Position numbers and translations under genes: made by a program
The notes under the pieces: generated by a model
What the model was told of the DNA's origin: nothing
Seen by the model: the letters and a program-made list of their open reading frames with translations, nothing else
Databases searched by the model: none
From: Candidatus Thalassarchaeum betae
Lineage (GTDB): Archaea; Thermoplasmatota; Poseidoniia; Poseidoniales; Thalassarchaeaceae
Reading direction: 5' to 3'
Assembly: GCA_003193925.1 (NCBI GenBank)
Contig: PSPG01000003.1
Coordinates: 40,797 to 104,796 of the forward strand
DNA: 64,000 nucleotides
Shown: piece by piece, positions 55,801 through 64,000 of the stretch
How positions within the stretch are numbered: position 1 is the stretch's first letter
Layout of the letters: every line of letters begins with the position of its first letter

Positions 55801-56267
55801 GTAGTGAGGTTGCCGGGCCTGACGAAACTCTCCCCGACGAAGCGGATGTTCTCTTGGTAGTAGATGATGTCATTCACTCCATCGTCGTCGACATCGGCTA
55901 TCTCGACATCGACGGAGTTTGCTGTATCGACGAAGCCTGCGCGCTGGGAGACGTTGTTGGAGATGAACACGTCCTGCCTGTCTTGGAAGCCGCCCGAGCC
56001 GTCATTGTACAGGACCGTGATGAAGTGCCCCATCATACTGACCGCGACGATGTCGTTGTGTCCGTCGCAGTCCAAATCACCCACTGAAAGATGGGACGGG
56101 TCACGTTGGACCGCGTACTGGGTGATGTGCGATGCGCTGACTGCTGGCACTAGGGCGACAATCAGCGAGCCCAGCATCAACAGCACGAGGAAGACGGCCT
56201 TCCGGCCCTCCTTTGTTCGATTTCTAGTAGCCCCAGACGTATGCAGCATGCTCAGCCGGACTTTCAC
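49839..56267 (-). CDS. Giant (2142 aa) cell-surface protein: FG-GAP/VCBS beta-propeller, jelly-roll, CARDB/PKD domains, C-terminal TM and cytoplasmic tail
   Basis: Signal peptide; repeats GDLDCDGHNDI, ADVDDDGVNDI, ADIDDDGAADI, ADTDDDGEIDL and VDINRDGEVDF; two FRFxS...GF..DNI jelly-roll ends; SYDPD..YEW PKD-like motif; TM at about aa 2060-2080. Confidence 0.85.
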   Translation of the reverse strand: MKVRLSMLHTSGATRNRTKEGRKAVFLVLLMLGSLIVALVPAVSASHITQYAVQRDPSHLSVGDLDCDGHNDIVAVSMMGHFITVLYNDGSGGFQDRQDVFISNNVSQRAGFVDTANSVDVEIADVDDDGVNDIIYYQENIRFVGESFVRPGNLTTMWGDCNERVNEWDLTEITVSNPYHLGMDVADIDDDGAADIVLVTQDATAANQYIQIYRGPDPSLLTNQQSIPVPLTNGLYVEVMLGHWGETVQGGGIPGGIGDCEDLDIWLLRTPPYNIGVGYSVGHFDNMTVLEYDCLTNQYPNPMDATAQGVHEFKLDADHNYPLYGIDIADTDDDGEIDLIAAIDGITGNISYATKSGSSWSTQNYVYLGDYLGASLTIVDINRDGEVDFFVPTEVTLTRLQDSTAQNQTYLLLDNLREINSVEIILADPSGPGYLSSLSFNVGRRPTMAIPAQLQGGDESAYEIVIGQRDYGYRFADNAMWLDTQGWAGAGDFLSVLTLDNEDVGITEVTIAPASYNPATGQAEIGEGTRWVNVTVKNTGLNPLTGSINVDLEVKEVVGGTDTVVYSNDFEGNEDTTNCANCAFVKNSYTGMYETGASSWHIESNSTAATENVSWYEADSNPTDYYWAGIDYNGDNESDSGYYNNMDEALILENVDLTGADAAYMDLSVMCTTAYFELYLAEQYSVVERWLYEDSCGIEVWSEGNGWESVFFNGGWDNERFFRIYWQGVDPEYNTYNGNNFANTATGWINYTEGGGTSEDPNELESIDLTRYAGQVIDIRFRFRSGLMGSVGPVGSSQDTGLDGFAFDNITIRKRDVTFGSTETVSQQLIFNDFAAGASEEVSLTADFIDNRTYYVKTELTNPSGFIDMDGLNDDIRFQLTVNNLFDPCLAEEHWVDLENGVRYASGERDVEVRVQNCGNTVTDFQVEAFIQNAEPDLVAIEDFSGIEPMWTDDGNENGSRLDDSTGSNDMLPQNRGVFNSHAYWLGHPSDGYGDNWNETLTLDPIPVASTGADFTYLTYDYYAEGDYLKDSNGNILAIRDAANLEITWTKQGEVFEGVVYGTWTDLNENGIQNTNPDDPNFHRCEDFDLNGYDEVEYFGDHSDRINSVVWFDSENILKSVTVDLTHIVILNRTNEDTSEWRDECTTLAGSEVSLTWRFQSNDDGVNGNAGLAGFGIDNIRVEEFTFEDDGTYTVDVTGLDAAQRQQVNLATHDFQSGIYKIDVTTIFDNTDPLTSWYNESEVNIANNHSSIIFSIASADITLMQPDVLECVADITYECVYPIDDASAHSFAVPLLNGVIAGEYQITMKIVDLDTGQTVYEEDCDNGPFDLEPHARDQANWTNPYNSWYDGHTYNISFYGTLTEDNERSGNDRYFEIQFFEQIDVAVLSNPTDQNRLQSVKRDLEAMGKTYTQLQMENWDTYATPDWVEHYDKVLLPWQTDYNVYYGDYYEKLDETRESDGLTVTETLEDYMTGGGTVQIHLGPYRNEYQPNRLPFGMDIAMRNQANFTVDNRIHYSNLTIIDQFHPILSNVDPVAFSGVHGGSYVALAGLDTAQVQGTQIPQVCGGRISDPVGTFHTLIRDTNYETQSLLSVCNRGAGGLIVTTIDVENPSVSEEYGGSSMPLLSNMLAYHLTPYPLDFGIAGESFDLSINGEAPSIDTVTGAYATMYIKSNSDLDFSYVTTAEGVVADWTLESGNNDSVTGWDGSIIDAGEFSHTQQLNPSIPTLGSFCVGDTTSDTGCRIGAEWMLTLYLHDGEGHTRITYIRLVTDDTLADEFRPIASASMIENEVTDEYVTLDGTKTVAGVDWPVYRTRLSDTGDLSISFTAQDSYDPDAPEGEKGVVLYEWKVFFDYPWDSQNPTLQGHEFQIPAAAGDDWTYVFRNLTSSPDGNLENQIRVELIVYDKAGKQSQKARMYFVVVGEDFGDDEPVVDFTKPRPQDSQSEDLVTITGSLVSGAENSDVVIEVALTEAVLDYTTTQKITQKSIGKYNKTGLLADGQQFTLTLDISDLYQETGVAATIYVRITEGDGSRYVISDTLAINLLPDLPVLSKDQGEGMSMLLIGGIGVVILLLVVVVTVVMRGRGKEDSGEDTVEQFGGVEEMDPVEAYVQQMVASGYDEQTARQYAQQYYAQYYEQQRRDGG

Positions 56268-56336
56268 TCATCTCTTATGCCTTCGCACCAAATGAGTTGG
56301 CCAACTCCATAGGAGTTGTTGGGTTAGGGGGTATGA

Positions 56337-57005
56337 TTACTGTGCTTCCAGCCAACTGGGATTCGGGGCGTACTGAGTTTCCACGCCGCCGTGTATCCGC
56401 TCAAGGCGCCCCATCGTCCACAGGCGGTCGAGGAAGATGTCCAGATCGATCCCGTGAAGGTTGATGCGTTCGCCGACCGCCTCGTCGATTTGACTCACTG
56501 GCAGTGAGGTGTGACCATGCTCCCTGACCACCAAAGTGAGCAGTAGTTGAATCCAGGCCTCGGCCAACGGGTTTCCGGACAAGTTGTCCTTCAGAGGCTC
56601 TATCTCGTCTTGGACCGCGTCGAGTACCTCGATGATTACTGAGATGTCGGGATCGCTACGCTCCCGGCCACCGAGCTCTGCGATGCCCGAATCGACGTCG
56701 AGGCTGCCGATGACCCTCAGCACTGGAGGTATCCGGGACGGATCTGGGGGAGGCCCTGGGAGGACCGCTTCCTCGGGCAGTGGGAGTTCCTCGAAGAATT
56801 CCTCATCCCCACCAGTAGCCGATTCGGGCTCGGGCTCGTCTGAGTCGACCATGCGAGCGGCCAGCGGCTGGACGATGCCGACCTCGCCTGCCAAACCGAG
56901 CTCCTCGCGCAGCGAGGCCACCCACTTCGAGTCGCCCTCCAGCAGCACATCGACATCGTGCTCGGGAGAACGGAAGCGGAATCTGACGGTTCCTCGCAAC
57001 TCCAT
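56337..57005 (-). CDS. Hypothetical protein with a probable C-terminal winged helix
   Basis: 222-aa ORF with typical codon usage; GAGGTG SD upstream; C-terminal FLDRLWTMGRLERI..TQY is wHTH-like. Confidence 0.7.
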   Translation of the reverse strand: MELRGTVRFRFRSPEHDVDVLLEGDSKWVASLREELGLAGEVGIVQPLAARMVDSDEPEPESATGGDEEFFEELPLPEEAVLPGPPPDPSRIPPVLRVIGSLDVDSGIAELGGRERSDPDISVIIEVLDAVQDEIEPLKDNLSGNPLAEAWIQLLLTLVVREHGHTSLPVSQIDEAVGERINLHGIDLDIFLDRLWTMGRLERIHGGVETQYAPNPSWLEAQ

Positions 57006-57059
57006 CGTCTCACCTCTGGAACATCCGGGTCTTAACTGCGTGGGCTCGACATGCAGTTT

Positions 57060-59747
<2,688 letters not shown>

Positions 59748-59824
59748 GCCATCACCTACGGTGATACCGGCTATGATGGGCTCCATGAAGTTGACTCATC
59801 GAAAGCCAGAGCAACCGGGCGGGT

Positions 59825-60889
59825 TCACTCGTTCACAGTCACGTGGATCAACTGGACTTCAGTCACAGGTTTGTCTCCTGATTCGGTCTGGACCTCGCTT
59901 ATCGCCGTGACGTGCTCCAAACCGCTGACCACCCGTCCGTAGACGGTGTGGCAGGACTCCTGGCTGCAGTCCTTGCCGGGCTCCCAATCGAGATGGGAGG
60001 GGGTGCTGTCCCCTGGTACGATGTAGAACTGGCTCGAGTCGGTGTTGAGCCCTGCGTGGGCGGCAGCGAGTGCGCCGGGGACGTGCTTCAGGCCGTTAGT
60101 GTGCTCGCCGGGCAGAGACCAATCTGACAGGTCGCATGTCTCGGGGCCGTACCGGTTGCCCGAATTGTCGAATTCCTGCCCGTCGCAGTAGCCGTACCAC
60201 TTCCCCGTGTATCCGCCCGTTCCGTCCCGATTTTCCATATCCCCTCCTTGGATCATGAAACCGTCGATCACCCTATGGAAGGTGGTGAAGTCGTAACGGA
60301 AGTCTTCGACGAGCAACAGGAAGTTCTCGACGTGCAGAGGGGCTTCCTCCTGGTAGAGCTCGATCTCGATGAATACAGTCGTCCTCTCGCTGGCTCCGTC
60401 GGGCATGTATGAGATCTCCAGCCTGACCACAGGGTTGTCGGCTGACTCGCCGAACCAGTCAGTCACCACCTTGAAGGCGACGAGGACGAGCATTCCCGCA
60501 ATCAGGATGGTCAGCAGCCCGAATGGGGTCGGGTTGCCCTCGTCGAACATCTGTAAACCGACCCCGAGAGAGATCGATTTCTCGTCCATCATGGACGCGA
60601 GCTTGTTCATGCTGCGTCGCGTCCCCTTGTCCTTGGGGTCGAGGTTCAGCGCTTTGCCGTAGTTCTTGTGCGCGCGCCGCCAGTGGCGCTTCTGGTTAGC
60701 AGCGTCAGCCTCGCCAAGCACTGTCCCCGCATCGCCCGCGAAACACAGGGTCCTGGCTTTCTGTGCGCCGTTCTCGCAGGCGTCCCAAGCCTCTGAGCGG
60801 AGGATTACTAGCGCCCCTTTGGGGTCTCCTGACTCGGTCAGGAGGTTCGCTTCGTCCCAAGCCTTCTGCAGCGCCTCCGGGATTGGCAT
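59825..60889 (-). CDS. TPR + TM + cyclophilin-type peptidyl-prolyl isomerase
   Basis: N-terminal helical repeats (ALNLDPKD), a TM helix, then APLHVENF, FHRVIDGFMIQGGD, SQFYI and HTVYGRV. Confidence 0.9.
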   Translation of the reverse strand: MPIPEALQKAWDEANLLTESGDPKGALVILRSEAWDACENGAQKARTLCFAGDAGTVLGEADAANQKRHWRRAHKNYGKALNLDPKDKGTRRSMNKLASMMDEKSISLGVGLQMFDEGNPTPFGLLTILIAGMLVLVAFKVVTDWFGESADNPVVRLEISYMPDGASERTTVFIEIELYQEEAPLHVENFLLLVEDFRYDFTTFHRVIDGFMIQGGDMENRDGTGGYTGKWYGYCDGQEFDNSGNRYGPETCDLSDWSLPGEHTNGLKHVPGALAAAHAGLNTDSSQFYIVPGDSTPSHLDWEPGKDCSQESCHTVYGRVVSGLEHVTAISEVQTESGDKPVTEVQLIHVTVNE

Positions 60890-61050
60890 AACGGGCCCGA
60901 AAGCGCATCCCCTGAAAATGGCAGCGGATGCAATTTCAGTCGATGCTCAGTGAAATATGGACGGGAACGGCTAAGACTGAATTATCACCGGGCCATCATG
61001 CGCGAGAGCCTAGGTAGAGCCGAGCCGAGCCATGGGAGAAGCAGAAAACG

Positions 61051-62835
61051 ATGGAGCGCATCTACAACGACTTCACAATCAACATAGCAACAGCGAACGG
61101 GACTGGTTCCCAGTCCTCGAACCTGATTCTGCTCAATTCCATGTTCCAGATGGGCGTTCCAGTGAGCGGGAAGAACCTCTTCCCCAGTAACATCGCGGGC
61201 CTGCCCACCTGGTTCATCATCCGGGCCAGCGATGACGGCTATCAGGCTCCTGGGGACAAGGCGCATATCCAGGTTCTAATGAACAAAGACAGCTGGCACA
61301 GTGACCTCGAGAAGCTCGAGCCGGGGGCAGTCATAGTCTACAACGAAGACGTCAAGCTACCCGTCGACAGGGACGACTGCCCCGCCTTCGGGATGCCGAT
61401 GACGAAGATGGCCAGGGGAATCAACCCCAGGCTGGCCCGCCTGATGTGCAACATGTACTACGTCGGAGGGCTAGCCCACTTGCTGGGAATAGACGAGGAT
61501 GTGATCAACGACGCCGTGTCGAATCAGTTCGAGGGCAAGGAGAAGGCGATAGAGTTCAACCTGCGCGCGATAGGGGAAGGCCGAGCCTACGCGGCCGAGA
61601 ACTGGGCTGATGAGGTTCCCTATCGCGTCGAGTGCCGGGACAAGGACCCTGGCACCTTCCTCGTAGAGGGCAACGAGGCTGTGGCCCTCGGCGCCATATA
61701 CGGAGGCGTCAACCTGCTGTCCTGGTATCCCATAACCCCCGCGTCCTCGCTGGCCGAGAGCATGATCGAATGGTTGCCCGAGCTCAGAGAGGCTGACGAT
61801 GGCGGCACTACCTGCGCTGTTGTGCAGGCCGAGGACGAGCTGGCCGCTGCCGGAATGGTGGTCGGGGCCGGCTGGGCTGGCGGCCGAGGCATGACCTGCA
61901 CCAGCGGCCCGGGAATCTCACTGATGTCAGAGTTCATCGGGCTCGCCTACTTCGCCGAGGTCCCGGGCGTGATCTGGGACATCAACAGGGTTGGACCCTC
62001 CACCGGGCTGCCGACCCGCACCCAGCAGGGCGACCTCTCGATGCTCTACGAGGCAAGCCACGGCGACACCCAACACGTGGTGCTGATACCCGGCACCGTC
62101 GACGAGTGCTTCGAGTACGGCTGGAAGGCCTTCGACTACGCGGAGAGGCTCCAGACCATGGTCTTCGGCTTCAGCGATCTCGATCTCGGGATGAACCGAT
62201 GGTCAACAGCCGGCTTCCAGTACCCCGATGCGCCCATGGATCGCGGCAAGGTCGTACGCACGCAGGAGGAGATGGATGCGATAGCTAACTACGGGCGCTA
62301 CAGGGACGTCGACGGGGACGGCATCCCGTATCGGACTCTACCCGGCAGCGGCTTGGACCCTATCCTCTACCGTGGGACGGGGCACGACGAGGACGGCATC
62401 TACTCCGAGAACCCCGACGTGTACTACGCCACGGTCTCACGCCTGCGCAGGAAGATTGACGGCGCTCGCGACCTGCTTCCCGCCCCCGTCATCAGGGAGG
62501 AGGAGGAACAGCAGATCGGCGTGATCTACTACGGCTCGATGGAGAACTCCATCACCGAGATCGAAGATATGCTGGAGTCGACCGGCCTCTCGGTCAGCAC
62601 CTGCCGCCTCCGAGCGCTGCCGTACCACTCCGAGGTCGAGGGCTTCATCGAGCGCCACGAGAAGGTGATCGTGCTGGAGATCAATCGCGACGGACAGTTG
62701 TACGGCATCCTGCGCAAGGAACTGCCCTCCAACCTGCTGACGCGTCTGCACAGCGTCGCCTACACCGACGGCATACCCCCGCGTGCGCGGGTCTACGCCG
62801 ACAAGATACTGGATGTCCTGGAGGTGGTGGCGTGA
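61051..62835 (+). CDS. korA: 2-oxoacid:ferredoxin oxidoreductase alpha subunit (gamma-alpha fused)
   Basis: EGNEA, WYPITPASS, QAEDELAA, TSGPGISLM and RVGPSTGLPTRTQQGD. Confidence 0.93.
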   Translation: MERIYNDFTINIATANGTGSQSSNLILLNSMFQMGVPVSGKNLFPSNIAGLPTWFIIRASDDGYQAPGDKAHIQVLMNKDSWHSDLEKLEPGAVIVYNEDVKLPVDRDDCPAFGMPMTKMARGINPRLARLMCNMYYVGGLAHLLGIDEDVINDAVSNQFEGKEKAIEFNLRAIGEGRAYAAENWADEVPYRVECRDKDPGTFLVEGNEAVALGAIYGGVNLLSWYPITPASSLAESMIEWLPELREADDGGTTCAVVQAEDELAAAGMVVGAGWAGGRGMTCTSGPGISLMSEFIGLAYFAEVPGVIWDINRVGPSTGLPTRTQQGDLSMLYEASHGDTQHVVLIPGTVDECFEYGWKAFDYAERLQTMVFGFSDLDLGMNRWSTAGFQYPDAPMDRGKVVRTQEEMDAIANYGRYRDVDGDGIPYRTLPGSGLDPILYRGTGHDEDGIYSENPDVYYATVSRLRRKIDGARDLLPAPVIREEEEQQIGVIYYGSMENSITEIEDMLESTGLSVSTCRLRALPYHSEVEGFIERHEKVIVLEINRDGQLYGILRKELPSNLLTRLHSVAYTDGIPPRARVYADKILDVLEVVA

Positions 62836-63866
62836 GCATGATCAAGCTCAATGTGATCGACTTGGAGAAGTCCGAGTACACCGGTGGCAAGTCCACACTG
62901 TGCCCCGGCTGCGGTCACGACCAGGTATCGAACGTCATCATCCAAGCCGCTTGGGAGAATGGCATCCCGCCGGAGGGCATCGCCAAGATGAGCGGCATCG
63001 GATGCTCCTCGAAGACACCGGCCTACTTCTTCGGCAAGAGCCACGGGTTCAACACCGTCCACGGCAGGATGCCCTCGGTCACCACCGGGGCCAACATGGT
63101 CAACAAGACCCTGTCATTCATCGCAGTGACCGGTGACGGAGACACCGCCAGCATCGGCATCGGGCAGTTCGTCCACGCCATCCGCAGGAACCTCGACATG
63201 GTCTACATCATCGAGAACAACGGAGTCTACGGGCTGACCAAGGGGCAGTACAGCGCTACGGTGGAGAAGGGCTCTAGGAAGAAGAAGGGAGAGGCCAACG
63301 CGCAGCCACCGATAGACCTCTGCGCCATGGCGATAAACCTAGGCTGCAGCTTCGTCGCTCGATCGTTCTCCGGCAGTAAGAAGCAGCTTACCGCACTGGT
63401 CCGAGCAGCCATGGGCCACCATGGCATGGCGGTCATCGACGTCATCTCGCCATGTGTCACCTTCTCCAACAACGACGAGTCCTACAAGTCGTACAACTAC
63501 GTCAAGGCGAACGACGAGGTGCTGCACCTGCTCGACTACATCCCGCACTTCACGCCAATGGAGGAGGTCGACATCCCAGAAGGCGAGTACGAGGACATCC
63601 AGATGTTCGACGGCTCGACCCTTAGGCTCGAGACAATCGGCAGTGACCACGACCCGTCCGACGCTATGTCCGCGCTCATGGCGATACACCAGGCAGAGCG
63701 TGAGAACAGGCACGTGACCGGTCTGCTGTACTACGAAGCGGGCCTGCAGACCGCGGACGAGGTGCTCGGCTTGACCGAGGCGCCTCTGTCCGGCCTCAGC
63801 GAGGCCGAGATGAGGCCCAGCAGGCAGAGCCTAGACGATGTCAACGCCGCCTTCCGCGTGGCCTGA
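62832..63866 (+). CDS. korB: 2-oxoacid:ferredoxin oxidoreductase beta subunit
   Basis: LCPGCGH, SGIGCSS, HGR, GDGD..NNGVYGLTKGQ and SPCVTF. Confidence 0.94.
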   Translation: MSMIKLNVIDLEKSEYTGGKSTLCPGCGHDQVSNVIIQAAWENGIPPEGIAKMSGIGCSSKTPAYFFGKSHGFNTVHGRMPSVTTGANMVNKTLSFIAVTGDGDTASIGIGQFVHAIRRNLDMVYIIENNGVYGLTKGQYSATVEKGSRKKKGEANAQPPIDLCAMAINLGCSFVARSFSGSKKQLTALVRAAMGHHGMAVIDVISPCVTFSNNDESYKSYNYVKANDEVLHLLDYIPHFTPMEEVDIPEGEYEDIQMFDGSTLRLETIGSDHDPSDAMSALMAIHQAERENRHVTGLLYYEAGLQTADEVLGLTEAPLSGLSEAEMRPSRQSLDDVNAAFRVA

Positions 63867-63881
63867 GTGGCCTCTTTCGAC

Positions 63882-63912
63882 AGTCGGATTCGTTGAAATA
63901 GCGAATCCGACT
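63882..63912. promoter_or_regulatory. 11-bp inverted repeat enclosing the putative tRNA TATA box
   Basis: AGTCGGATTCG-ttgaaatag-CGAATCCGACT; TTGAAATA lies 25-32 nt upstream of the tRNA. Confidence 0.55.
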
Positions 63913-63924
63913 CCGTCGTTCGCT

Positions 63925-64000
63925 AGTCCCTTAGTGTAGTGGTCCATCATACGAGACTCTGGATCTCGTGACCCTGGTTCGAATCCGGGAGGGACTACCA
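63925..64000 (+). tRNA. tRNA-Gln (anticodon CTG), CCA encoded
   Basis: AGTCCCT...CGAGA-CT-CTG-GA-TCTCG...GGTTCGAATCC..AGGGACT-A-CCA; 76 nt with an A1-U72 pair typical of archaeal tRNA-Gln. Confidence 0.97.

Noticed and set aside
61051-63866. korAB as the dedicated electron donor for the Hcr-like enzyme
   Set aside because: It is 40 kb away, lies near acnA and is adequately explained as TCA-cycle metabolism; no sequence evidence links the two.

Overview
A gene-dense, GC-rich 64-kb chromosomal segment of an archaeon, most likely Marine Group II (Ca. Poseidoniales). This is inferred from archaeal-type AroA'/AroB'/AroK, RibL, Gar1 and A1-U72 tRNA-Gln, alongside bacterial-type GpsA, RibE, AcnA and MoeZ and several acidic secreted proteins with PGF-CTERM-like tails. 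Housekeeping content: riboflavin operon, trxB, moeB/Z, chorismate genes, xth, ahcY, acnA, korAB and three tRNAs (Leu-CAG, Leu-TAG, Gln-CTG). No transposase, integrase or CRISPR array was seen. The most unusual items are: (1) an archaeal Gar1 fused to three eukaryote-like RanBP2-type zinc fingers and RGG linkers, expanded by a recent 171-bp tandem duplication; (2) a complete 4-hydroxybenzoyl-CoA-reductase-like molybdoenzyme (hcrCAB, with the diagnostic [4Fe-4S] insertion), with MocA/XdhC maturation genes nearby and a perfect palindrome in its promoter; (3) a 2-oxoacid dehydrogenase E1 alpha-beta fusion with an extra N-terminal Zn-ribbon region; (4) a doubly anchored surface protein with an LDL-receptor-A module and two calmodulin-like four-EF-hand blocks; (5) a 2142-aa FG-GAP propeller surface protein with a UBA-like cytoplasmic tail; (6) a DtxR-type box before an FTR1 iron permease. 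All homology calls are from motif recognition by eye; no searches were run.
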